A stretch of DNA of 21,713 nucleotides from an uncultured virus (IMG/VR IMGVR_UViG_3300044825_002216) (IMGVR_UViG_3300044825_002216); one strand, 5' to 3'; counted from the first letter of the stretch, positions 7,278-15,534 are shown. Numbers and translations are program-made. The notes: a model not told the origin generated them from the letters alone.

Positions 7278-7766
7278 ATGGACGAGAAGCAGAAGGCAGA
7301 AGCACAGATGAAGGCGTGCGGAGCGAAGGTAGAGATGGTCGCCACGCACAAGCAGGCAGCCATCGACCACCTGAAGGTGCAGGAGCTCCGTCGTCTGAAC
7401 GCCGAGATGCTCAACTCGGCTTACGAAGGGCCGGAAGCCATCTTGAAGAAGGCGGCTCTCTTCAAGGAGAAGCTGGACGATCTGCTCGATCCTTCGCCGC
7501 ACCAGCAGCCCAAGGTCGCGGGCGACCCGAACGACACCCGCGGGCCGAAGGAAGTCATCTACGACACCGAGATCGGTCCGCTGATGGATCAGATCATCGC
7601 CTGCTGCGAGAAGAACAGCATCCCCATTCTCGCTCACTTCGAGTTCGACGGGGACATGAGATGCACAACCAACCTCGGCCCGTTCGCACACATGGGCGCG
7701 AGGGTCGCGGAGGCTGCGCTCGTGGGTGGGCCGCGCGCCATTCTGGCGGTTATGGCGGGGGGCTAG
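7278..7766 (+). CDS. Hypothetical protein with a third copy of the same domain
   Basis: GGGAG RBS. GPKEVIYDTEIGPLMDQIIACCEKNSIP aligns with both repeats of the upstream gene. Confidence 0.8.
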   Translation: MDEKQKAEAQMKACGAKVEMVATHKQAAIDHLKVQELRRLNAEMLNSAYEGPEAILKKAALFKEKLDDLLDPSPHQQPKVAGDPNDTRGPKEVIYDTEIGPLMDQIIACCEKNSIPILAHFEFDGDMRCTTNLGPFAHMGARVAEAALVGGPRAILAVMAGG

Positions 7767-7773
7767 CCCCTCC

Positions 7774-8535
7774 GTGCTCCTAAAGATCACGAACTTTTGC
7801 AGCTTAGGCTGCAAGCACTGCATGGAGGACTCGACCATCGCGGGCGAGCACATGACGCGCGAGACCTTCGAGGCGGCGCTCGATCTCACCGAGCGTGTCG
7901 AGGCGAAAGCCTACGCGGCGGGTGCGCCGAGGCATCTGCTCCTCTCGGGTGGCGAGTGCTCCGAGCACCCTGACTTTCTCGCCTACTTCGAGCGCGCGTT
8001 GGAGCGGCGGTTCGTGGTCACGATCATCACCAACGGGATGTGGCTTGGCGACGAAGCGTTGCGAAACGCGATCGTGCCACGCGCCCTGATGGTGCAAGTG
8101 ACGAACGATCCGCGCTTCTACCCGAAGGCTCCACCGCGGATCGAGATGCCTCGTCTCGGGTACGTGGACTCGCTCACGGCGCTTGTTCCGCTCGGGCGAC
8201 TGGCTCGCAAGTCGGGGCCACATCCCCTTCCAATCAAGGGCTCTCCGAGCTCGTTCAACGTCCGCAGCCTCACGCGCAGCCTCGGAGACATCGGCGAAGC
8301 CGTTGCCATGATCCGCGTGCGGGCGATGATGGGCAGGGGCGGGCACTGCGCGCCGAGCATCGGGTGGGACGGCGGCATGTACGCCGGAGAGACGATCAAC
8401 TGCTTTCGCATCGGAGATGTGCGGAGCACGAACCTGGAGCTGTCGCGGGCCGTTTGCGAGATGAAGTGCAACGCCTGCGGCTTGGTCGATGGGCTGCCCG
8501 ACACGCACAAGGCAGCCATTGGTGAACTCGAATAG
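7774..8535 (+). CDS. Radical SAM protein with C-terminal Cys cluster (twitch/SPASM-like)
   Basis: CSLGCKHC (CxxxCxxC), LSGGE, ITNG and extra C-terminal cysteines ending CEMKCNAC. The GTG 7774 start is inferred. Confidence 0.9.
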   Translation: MLLKITNFCSLGCKHCMEDSTIAGEHMTRETFEAALDLTERVEAKAYAAGAPRHLLLSGGECSEHPDFLAYFERALERRFVVTIITNGMWLGDEALRNAIVPRALMVQVTNDPRFYPKAPPRIEMPRLGYVDSLTALVPLGRLARKSGPHPLPIKGSPSSFNVRSLTRSLGDIGEAVAMIRVRAMMGRGGHCAPSIGWDGGMYAGETINCFRIGDVRSTNLELSRAVCEMKCNACGLVDGLPDTHKAAIGELE

Positions 8536-8547
8536 GGAGAAGCAACG

Positions 8548-9900
8548 ATGGGAATGAACCTGGCGCAAGCGACTAAGAGCCTGCCAGCACAGCAGAAGCT
8601 CTCGGTCGCGCGCATGATGATCGCGCACAAGAACCCGTACTTCACCAGCCTCGTGATCCGAATGATCTTCCGCGAGGTCGACAAGGAGTCGCAGCCGATG
8701 GGCATCGGCGTCTCGCGTCGAGGCGTCGTGTACTGGCGTCGTGACTTCATCGACCATCTCACCGCGGAGCAGCTCGCCGTGTTGCTCCTGAACAAGTCGC
8801 TGCACGTCCTCTTTCGGCACTCGGACAGGGCGCGAGCGGGGGCCTTCAACCCCGAGGTGTTCAACGAGGCGGCTGACTGCGAGATCAACGACGATCTCGA
8901 AGCCGCTGGATGGACGATGGAGTCCGTCGACGAGAACGGGCAGCCGTGCAGGCTGCTGACACCGAGCCACTTCAAGCTGGAAAGCCACAAGTCAGCCGAG
9001 TGGTACTACAACGAGATCATGCAGCAGCGGGCGCAGAACCAGGCGCCCCCTGTGAACCACGGCACCGCCCGTGGCTGCGGTGGTTCGGGCGCTGGCGGGG
9101 CGCCTGGCCCTAACGAACCGAGCGGGCAGCCACAGCCGAACGGTGAGGGTGACGCTTCGGGCAGCGAGCAGGGCGATGGGGGCATGGACGGGCGCTCTGA
9201 GGGCGAGCTGGAGGGAATGCGCGATCAAGTCGCGCAGGGCATGAAGAAGCGGCAGGCGGGGAAGGGCCAGGGGTCCATGCCCCTCGGCTGGCAAGTCTGG
9301 AGCGACGAAGAGCTCAAGCCGCCGACGATCCGGTGGCAAGACGAGCTTCGGCAGACCGTGCGCAACGCTTTCCGAGCGGTCGCCGGGAACGTGGACCGCA
9401 CGTTCAAGAAGTCGAACCGCAAGCAGGCTGGCCTTGGCTTCGGCTCGGGTCGCCCGGTCCTTGCGGGGTGGCACAAGCCCACCCCCAACGTGATGATCGC
9501 GATTGACACTTCGGGTTCTATGGGCGGGCTGATGCCCGAGATCATGGCCGAAGTGCAGTCCATCCTCACGGAGGTGCGCGGCAGCGTGTCCTTCGTGTCC
9601 ATCGACGCCGAAGTGCAGAGCTCGGGCCGCACGGCTGACTGGCGAGTGATTGCTCGCGAGTCGAAGGGCGGCGGCGGTACGGACTTCCGCCCACTGTTCG
9701 ATCACATCGAGAAGATGCCGAAGAACGAGCAGCCCAACGTGGTGATCTTCGCCACCGACGGCTGCGGCCCCGCGCCGAAGGACGAGCCCGACCCGCACGT
9801 CATCTGGCTCCTGTGCGGGGACTACACGATGAAGCCTGCCTCGTGGGGCAAGTACATCAGCACCGACAAGAAGACCACGCCCGAGGCGTACTCAGAGTGA
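8548..9900 (+). CDS. DUF2201-type metallopeptidase-like plus vWA domain protein
   Basis: MIDAS DTSGS, GGGTDF and ATDG. N-terminal FNEAADCEIN segment, G/Q/E-rich linker and WQDELR. The HExxH position reads NKSLH. Confidence 0.88.
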   Translation: MGMNLAQATKSLPAQQKLSVARMMIAHKNPYFTSLVIRMIFREVDKESQPMGIGVSRRGVVYWRRDFIDHLTAEQLAVLLLNKSLHVLFRHSDRARAGAFNPEVFNEAADCEINDDLEAAGWTMESVDENGQPCRLLTPSHFKLESHKSAEWYYNEIMQQRAQNQAPPVNHGTARGCGGSGAGGAPGPNEPSGQPQPNGEGDASGSEQGDGGMDGRSEGELEGMRDQVAQGMKKRQAGKGQGSMPLGWQVWSDEELKPPTIRWQDELRQTVRNAFRAVAGNVDRTFKKSNRKQAGLGFGSGRPVLAGWHKPTPNVMIAIDTSGSMGGLMPEIMAEVQSILTEVRGSVSFVSIDAEVQSSGRTADWRVIARESKGGGGTDFRPLFDHIEKMPKNEQPNVVIFATDGCGPAPKDEPDPHVIWLLCGDYTMKPASWGKYISTDKKTTPEAYSE

Positions 9901-10073
9901 GCGCCGAGACCACGAACAGCAGCGCATCCATGCGCGTGCAGGGGGAGGTCGAGGGCCAGAAGTACGAAGCCCAGCTCTCCATCAAGACGACGCGGCTCCT
10001 CTCGAAGGATGAGCTCGTCGCTCTGATGGCAGAAGTACATCGGGCCATTCGATCGTCGCTGTCTCAGCGATGA
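9897..10073 (+). CDS. Small hypothetical protein (58 aa)
   Basis: GTGA overlap with the vWA gene stop. Confidence 0.6.
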   Translation: MSAETTNSSASMRVQGEVEGQKYEAQLSIKTTRLLSKDELVALMAEVHRAIRSSLSQR

Positions 10074-10110
10074 CGGTAGGGCACGGGGTTCGCTCCGTGC
10101 CTCTCCGTGA
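10073..10110 (+). promoter_or_regulatory. Intergenic stem-loop, CGGTAG..TCTCCGTGA copy 3
   Basis: CGGTAG-GGCACGGGG-TTCG-CTCCGTGCC-TCTCCGTGA. Confidence 0.7.
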
Positions 10111-10124
10111 TCTCTGGAGGAGCC

Positions 10125-10595
10125 ATGAACAAGGCTATTCGTCGCGAGCAGGAGCGCCGTGCCTACGACCGGCACCAGCGCTCGCGCAAGCCACTGCACT
10201 ACAAGAGCAAGTACCCTGGCAAGACGCAGGGCAAGCTGTGCTCCTGCGTGATGTGCGGGAACCCGCGCAGGCACTTCGGCAAGTCCAAGCGCAAGGAGCT
10301 CAACGCGACTCGCGAGAGCCCCGAGCTCTTGCACTTCGAGTCGCTGGACCCGGGGTTTCCCGACGAGTGCAACATCTGGGATTGCGACTGCGATGACTGC
10401 CTCTGGGCGCACCGGCACGACAACGAGCCGTACGTCCAGTCGCGGTTCGAGCACCGGCCCTTGTCCGCACTCGGAGCATGCGAGCCGTGGCGGTTCATCG
10501 AGGAGCTCCGCGTCGCAGAGATTCTGGCGAAGATGGCGCTTCGTCGGACGAAGGCGAAGATGGCGCTTCGTCGGACGAAGGCGATGGTGTCGTGA
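10125..10595 (+). CDS. Cys-rich basic hypothetical protein
   Basis: GGAGGAG RBS. Contains CSCVMCGNPRR and CNIWDCDCDDC. Confidence 0.75.
   Translation: MNKAIRREQERRAYDRHQRSRKPLHYKSKYPGKTQGKLCSCVMCGNPRRHFGKSKRKELNATRESPELLHFESLDPGFPDECNIWDCDCDDCLWAHRHDNEPYVQSRFEHRPLSALGACEPWRFIEELRVAEILAKMALRRTKAKMALRRTKAMVS
10526..10584 (+). repeat. Perfect 27-bp tandem duplication
   Basis: GGCGAAGATGGCGCTTCGTCGGACGAA x2 followed by GGCGA. Confidence 0.95.
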
Positions 10596-11104
10596 GTGTC
10601 AGCGACGAGCGCGTGCGCGAGTTGGTGGCTCGCGCTCTACGCACCATCGAGACGTACAACCGCGGCGAGATCATCCAAGAGCAGGACGCTGCCGTCTCGT
10701 TCGTTGGTGGCGTGATGGCTGCGACCCGTGCGTCTGCGAACGACTACCTCCAGCGCACGACCTTCATGTCCTCGTCCGAGCAGATGTTGGACACCTACGA
10801 GTCCAGACAGCTTGTGTACCTAACCGCACGCGCATGGATCACGGCACCCGAGCAGTGGTTCGGCGTCCCGTGCATGTGGAACCCGGCCCTCGCAGTGCTC
10901 GGGGAGATGCTTCGAGAAGACCCGAGCTGGTCTCTAATGATCCTGTTGCCTGAAGCCGTCATGCAGACCGGCTCTCGGATCGGTGGCCCGTTCGTTCCCG
11001 AAGAGGAGCGCGGCTACCTCGTACCCGTTGCCCATCGGTGGGCGGACTACCTGCGGCAGACGAACCCACGACCCATCACACCCGAGGAAAGAGGAGCGAC
11101 ATGA
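10592..11104 (+). CDS. Hypothetical protein
   Basis: Stop-start overlaps at both ends; GTG start inferred. Confidence 0.7.
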   Translation: MSVSDERVRELVARALRTIETYNRGEIIQEQDAAVSFVGGVMAATRASANDYLQRTTFMSSSEQMLDTYESRQLVYLTARAWITAPEQWFGVPCMWNPALAVLGEMLREDPSWSLMILLPEAVMQTGSRIGGPFVPEEERGYLVPVAHRWADYLRQTNPRPITPEERGAT

Positions 11105-11688
11105 AGCTGATCGCATTGCTGGCAGAGCACAAGGAGGCCCGTCGTCGTGGAGCCGCGAAGGGTGCGCTCTGGCTCGCCAAGGAGGGAGCACCGGGAACGA
11201 AGTATTCGTGGGGGCTCGGTGAGCGTGATGCGTGGCACGTCCACAGCCCGACTTCGGGCACAGCGAACTACGCGCTGACTATGGAGGATATGAGCATCGA
11301 CACCTGGTACACGGTGCCGCCGAACCCGCGCGAGAGCTTCACGATCCCCGATCTCGACCCGTCGATCCCCTGGTCCGAGGGCGTGGTGGAGGATTTCCTT
11401 CGGGTAGTGCGCGGGCTTCCGTTCGCGCACAACGACGTGGTGGGTGGCGTCGAGTCGCTCGTCGCGCAGCGCAAGAAGCTCAACGAGAGCTATCAGCAGC
11501 AGCTCAGGCTCGCTGAGGAGATGGCCAATCGGGCCAACCAAGCGGGCGAGAAACTCGCGCAGGCCGAGCGGCAGAGGGACGAGTTCTCGCTGCTCCTTGC
11601 GAAGCACAGCAGGTGCAACGCGCGCTTGCGTCAGGCACTCAAGAGCTTCGGACTGTCGGACACCATCGTTGCGATGCTGGAGGAGTGA
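11101..11688 (+). CDS. Hypothetical protein with C-terminal coiled coil
   Basis: GAGGAG RBS and ATGA overlap. Confidence 0.75.
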   Translation: MKLIALLAEHKEARRRGAAKGALWLAKEGAPGTKYSWGLGERDAWHVHSPTSGTANYALTMEDMSIDTWYTVPPNPRESFTIPDLDPSIPWSEGVVEDFLRVVRGLPFAHNDVVGGVESLVAQRKKLNESYQQQLRLAEEMANRANQAGEKLAQAERQRDEFSLLLAKHSRCNARLRQALKSFGLSDTIVAMLEE

Positions 11689-11690
11689 AC

Positions 11691-12056
11691 ATGGGCGAGT
11701 CTCACATTCGTATGGTCGATCCTGCGGCGCTGTACGACAGGATCGGGGAGCTCGAACGCGAGCTCGAAGCTACGCAGCACGAGCTGGTCCGCGTGCAGGA
11801 AAGGCACGCGGACCCCCCGCACAGGTTGCAGCTCGCTGCGTGGGCGAGACCCCTGCCGCAGTGGGCCGCGGCCGCTTGGGTCGTCTGCATTGCAGGGTGC
11901 TTCGCGATCCAGGCGTGGCGTCTGACGGACGGCACGTCGCTCGTGACAGTGCTGATCGCGTGGGTCCAGTTTTCTGTGGTGGTGCTGGTCGTAGTGCTGA
12001 TGGCGCTGCTCGCCATCTTCATCGCGGCGTTCGAGTGGGTGAAGGTGAAGCGATGA
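11691..12056 (+). CDS. Putative membrane protein (short coiled coil plus two hydrophobic segments)
   Basis: GGAGGAG RBS. Hydrophobic stretches WAAAAWVVCIAGCFAI and LVTVLIAW...IFIAAF. Confidence 0.75.
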   Translation: MGESHIRMVDPAALYDRIGELERELEATQHELVRVQERHADPPHRLQLAAWARPLPQWAAAAWVVCIAGCFAIQAWRLTDGTSLVTVLIAWVQFSVVVLVVVLMALLAIFIAAFEWVKVKR

Positions 12057-12098
12057 ACCACCGCAGGAAACGCGGTGGAATGCGAGAGTGATTAGAGC

Positions 12099-12323
12099 AT
12101 GGGTATGAGCGAAGCCGAGTTCATGTGCATCGAGTGCGGTCATCGCACTTCGATGCGCCCACGTCCCGACGTGATGTACCAGCTCACCCGAGAGCTGCTG
12201 GTGCCGTACCCCGACGACATACCCGTCGCTTCGTGCGATGGGTGCGGCGAGACGTACACGAACCGAGCCGAGGACGAGGCGATCCGCGCCTCGTTGCTTG
12301 CGAAACACGGTGTGCCCGCGTGA
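12099..12323 (+). CDS. YgiT-type (MqsA N-terminal-like) zinc-finger protein
   Basis: CIECG ... IPVASCDGCGETY pattern, with no HTH domain. Confidence 0.65.
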   Translation: MGMSEAEFMCIECGHRTSMRPRPDVMYQLTRELLVPYPDDIPVASCDGCGETYTNRAEDEAIRASLLAKHGVPA

Positions 12324-12345
12324 TCGAGAAAGGAATCCCCTGACC

Positions 12346-12618
12346 ATGAGCGACATTGCAGAGACGCTTTCGCCGCTGGAGCAGCGCGTCGCTGACTACA
12401 TCGAGACCCACTACAACCTGTCGCTGACCCGCGGGGGCGTAATGAACGTCCTGGCTCTCGGTAGGTCGTACCGCATGGAGCGCGGAGACGACGTGTTCAC
12501 CATGTCGATGCGCTTCGACGAGAACGACGAAGCGGCAGCGATCGAGTGGGTCGACAGCGCGCAGGCGAAGGAAGCGATGCGCGAGATGTTCGGAGCCGAC
12601 AAGGGCGACGAAGAGTAG
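12346..12618 (+). CDS. Hypothetical protein
   Basis: AAAGGA upstream of in-frame ATG 12346. Confidence 0.7.
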   Translation: MSDIAETLSPLEQRVADYIETHYNLSLTRGGVMNVLALGRSYRMERGDDVFTMSMRFDENDEAAAIEWVDSAQAKEAMREMFGADKGDEE

Positions 12619-12648
12619 TCACCGGACGCGGGGGGCCGCGCACAGAGA
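12618..12648 (+). promoter_or_regulatory. 31-bp promoter-like motif, copy 2
   Basis: GTCACCGGACGCGGGGGGCCGCGCACAGAGA, intergenic, ending 31 nt upstream of ATG 12680. Confidence 0.6.
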
Positions 12649-12679
12649 ACGTACGAAAGAGAAACTGGAGAAGCGAAGC

Positions 12680-13540
12680 ATGGACATCATCGCAACGGAT
12701 AAGCAGGGCAGCACTGGCTCGATCACCTACTGGTCCCTCTCGGGGGCCGTGAACTACAGCAAGCTCGAAGCAGCGTGGGTCGCGCAGGGGTTGAACCCGC
12801 AGCTCCTCCCGCCGCGCACCAGTCCGAAGACTGCTCTGCGCCGCGCCATGGACGGTCTCGTGTCCGGGCAGAGCCAGATGGTGAAGGCCGGGTCCGCGCC
12901 GGGGTGGCTCGGGTTCTTCCAGCGCGAGACCACTGGCGGGCGTCCGAACTTCCCGATGGTGGTCGAGGCGTGCTTGAACGCGGACCCCACCAAAGACCCC
13001 GTGATCCGTACCCCTGACGGATCGCCAGTGCCCGAAGCCATCGAAGATTCGGTGACGATCTTGTACTCGAACGAGCTCAAGAACGTCCACCACGACGACC
13101 TGGGCACCTGGCTCGTGAGCACGGCGCGTCGCCTGATGGCAGTGCGCTTGCGCGAGTCGGGCGGCATCTACTTCATCCCCTCCGCGGGCGGGCTCGCGGA
13201 GTGGCAGCAGGTTGCCTCGGTCCTGCACAAGGCTACGGCGTGCACGATCCAAGAGGTGCCTGCGATGCACTCTCGGGAAGCGGCGAGGGCTGTCCTCGAA
13301 GGCATCACGAACGAGGTGAACGCCTACGTCGAGCAGATCGACGCGGAGCTCGGCAAGGTGGGCGTCCGAGCGCTGGAGAGCCGAGAGGCGTCCATCACTG
13401 CCTACGCTCGCAAGATCAGCATGTTCGAGGAGGTCATCGGGTCGAAGCTCGATGGTCTTCGGGGGGCCTTGAACGGGCTCGAAACCAAGGTCGCGCACGC
13501 GAAGCTGACCGCCATCGCGGTTGCTGAAGACGCGGCATGA
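12680..13540 (+). CDS. DUF3150/DUF6744-like protein
   Basis: GSITYWSL, GLNPQLLP..ALRRA, LRESGGIYFIP and a helical C-terminus. Family resemblance recalled, not searched. Confidence 0.6.
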   Translation: MDIIATDKQGSTGSITYWSLSGAVNYSKLEAAWVAQGLNPQLLPPRTSPKTALRRAMDGLVSGQSQMVKAGSAPGWLGFFQRETTGGRPNFPMVVEACLNADPTKDPVIRTPDGSPVPEAIEDSVTILYSNELKNVHHDDLGTWLVSTARRLMAVRLRESGGIYFIPSAGGLAEWQQVASVLHKATACTIQEVPAMHSREAARAVLEGITNEVNAYVEQIDAELGKVGVRALESREASITAYARKISMFEEVIGSKLDGLRGALNGLETKVAHAKLTAIAVAEDAA

Positions 13541-14214
13541 TGATCGACCCGCCGAATGAGTGGATCGAACTGCTTGGGGACGGCGACAGTAGATGCGGCG
13601 TCCTCAGCAGCGCCAGTAAATCCGGCGTCCTCAGCAGCGACTACGCGCTCCTCACGGAGTCGGGCCTCGATCCTTTCAAGATGGCTGGGATCGAGCTGCT
13701 TCGCGCAGCCAAACGAACTGAGCGCGCGTACGCGGTGGAGTACGCGCGCTTCGCGTCCGCGATCTTCACAAGGTTGACGGGAGTGTGGCGGTGGCGGTTC
13801 GACAACTGCGCCTACGCTGGCGCCGATCGAGGTGACATACCGGGCATCCACGGAGCGCTCTACGTCCCTCCGTTCGCAGCGGTCTGGTACCTGCGCGGCA
13901 GCGGACAGGCGTATTGGGGTCAGTGCTACATCGAGGGCAACATCAGCTCGGTGGACAAAGATGGGTGCGACCTGATGATGGGCGCGTCCGAGGCAGTCCG
14001 CGTGCAGATGGCCAGCGCTATCAGCGATAAAGAGCCTTGGCCCACGGGAGCTTTGCCACTCGTCGGCCCAGGCTCAGTGTGTGCGGAGCTGAGCAGTATC
14101 GCGGACGTAGATCAGCCCGCTAATCTCGATCCGGCGACCCTGATCGAGTGGACTGTTCGCGTCGTCGACAAGCTGCACACCAGGGCGAGCATCGTCGCCG
14201 CCGTCACCGAGTGA
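13537..14214 (+). CDS. W-x10-R array member 1
   Basis: C-terminus WTVRVVDKLHTRASIV; coupled at both ends. Confidence 0.75.
   Translation: MMIDPPNEWIELLGDGDSRCGVLSSASKSGVLSSDYALLTESGLDPFKMAGIELLRAAKRTERAYAVEYARFASAIFTRLTGVWRWRFDNCAYAGADRGDIPGIHGALYVPPFAAVWYLRGSGQAYWGQCYIEGNISSVDKDGCDLMMGASEAVRVQMASAISDKEPWPTGALPLVGPGSVCAELSSIADVDQPANLDPATLIEWTVRVVDKLHTRASIVAAVTE
13583..13641 (+). repeat. Imperfect 27-bp tandem duplication
   Basis: Encodes DSRCGVLSS/ASKSGVLSS; CGGCGTCCTCAGCAGCG is identical in both copies. Confidence 0.85.
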
Positions 14215-14648
14215 CCGTGGCGAAGCGAAACCGCACCCCGGAGTGGTGGTCCGCGCCGCGGGATGGGCTCGACTTCATCACGGCAGCGTGTTGGACCGAC
14301 GCCTATCAAGAGCTCCGATCGCCTTACCGCAACGGCGATGAGGCGATTCGGGTGCTTGCGACGGCGAAGTTTACTATCCGCCTCAACCCCGGTATTCACT
14401 TGTACGCGGGCCTCAATCGAGATTTTCCAATCTCGCTCAATTTGGAGTTCGACGAGCACGGCGAGCGCGAATACGTCGTCCGCGTTGGGTCGTTCTCCAG
14501 TCAGCTACGGGGGCTCATCTTCGCGATTGGGGGATCAGGATTCCCCATCCCAAACAACCGAGCGCACCCACGCACGAAGAGAGCGTGGGTGCAGCAATGC
14601 CTTGAGTCCTTCGTCGTGCGCAAAGCCATCCGAGAGGTCACCGAATGA
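14211..14648 (+). CDS. W-x10-R array member 2
   Basis: GTGA overlap; C-terminus WVQQCLESFVVRKAIR. Confidence 0.75.
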   Translation: MTVAKRNRTPEWWSAPRDGLDFITAACWTDAYQELRSPYRNGDEAIRVLATAKFTIRLNPGIHLYAGLNRDFPISLNLEFDEHGEREYVVRVGSFSSQLRGLIFAIGGSGFPIPNNRAHPRTKRAWVQQCLESFVVRKAIREVTE

Positions 14649-15076
14649 ACCGCAACGCCAAAGCCATGATCCGTCACATCCTCAAAACCACCGCGCGGAA
14701 CGCCGAAGACACTTCGCAGTATCGAGAGCAGTCCATCACCCGTGTCTTGTGCAAGGGCGGCGAGATTAGGCTGCCCGGTGGGGATGACGCGACGTTCTTC
14801 AACACGCTGCCCTGTGGGCACCCGGATCAGAAGGACAAGGCCAAGCTCGACTTCTGGAAGGACTCGGGGATGGTCGTTTACAACGGCTGTCAGCCGGATT
14901 CCTGCTGCCACAAGCTGATGCGGGTGACGGACTGCGAGAAGGCGCGCGCGTTCGTCTCGGGGCTCACCGGGATCGACATGCCCCCCATCAACGCCAACCC
15001 CCGGCGGCAGCTCCAGTGGGTGAAAGGGTTGCAGGAAAACCACGCAGTACGTTGCGTAGCGAAAGACCGTGGGTAG
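14645..15076 (+). CDS. W-x10-R array member 3
   Basis: ATGA overlap; C-terminus WVKGLQENHAVRCVAK. Confidence 0.75.
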   Translation: MNRNAKAMIRHILKTTARNAEDTSQYREQSITRVLCKGGEIRLPGGDDATFFNTLPCGHPDQKDKAKLDFWKDSGMVVYNGCQPDSCCHKLMRVTDCEKARAFVSGLTGIDMPPINANPRRQLQWVKGLQENHAVRCVAKDRG

Positions 15077-15530
15077 TCGCGGACGTGGGCCGCGGCCCTG
15101 GACTCCCGTTTGGCACGCTGGCTTGAGCGCTCGGGCGATTGAGATGGTCAGCATCCGATCGAGAGACCTCATGCAGAACGCGAAGCGCCGAATCTCCGGC
15201 GTCCCTCTCGGGAGAATCACCACCTACTCGGTAGAGTCCGTGAGCATCGCCCTCATGGGGTATCCGACATCGCGAGGGGCGGTGCAGAACGGGCTGATGT
15301 GCTTGGGGCGGCGCATCGATTCCCCGATCACCGCGCTCCTATGCACGGACATGGAGGCGATGCTCGACGGCATTGCTAACGCGACGGGCATGCCGCGATT
15401 CGTCTTCCCCGTCGGGCAGCGGCCCGGTGTGAACTTGCATCGGTGGTTGGTGCGCGCGGAGGCAGAAGCCTGTCGCAGGCTCATGCTGCGTCGAGTTCTG
15501 GCTGCGCAGCCAACCGACTTCCCCTGGTGA
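15069..15530 (+). CDS. W-x10-R array member 4
   Basis: C-terminus WLVRAEAEACRRLMLR; start uncertain. Confidence 0.7.
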   Translation: MGSRGRGPRPWTPVWHAGLSARAIEMVSIRSRDLMQNAKRRISGVPLGRITTYSVESVSIALMGYPTSRGAVQNGLMCLGRRIDSPITALLCTDMEAMLDGIANATGMPRFVFPVGQRPGVNLHRWLVRAEAEACRRLMLRRVLAAQPTDFPW

Positions 15531-15534
15531 CGAG

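Noticed and set aside
7804..8990. 394-aa and 290-aa minus-strand ORFs
   Set aside because: They overlap the radical SAM and vWA genes, which have clear motifs.
6197..10110. CRISPR or mini-array reading of constant flanks with variable inserts
   Set aside because: The copies are 1-3 kb apart, the inserts are self-complementary, and no cas genes are present.
12053..12091. 12-codon ORF MNHRRKRGGMRE with a 7-bp hairpin (12058-12078)
   Set aside because: Too short to support as a gene, and the hairpin has no U-tract.
15229..15244. CGGTAG-AG-TCCGTGAG resembling the intergenic element
   Set aside because: It lies inside a CDS and lacks the hairpin insert; probably chance.
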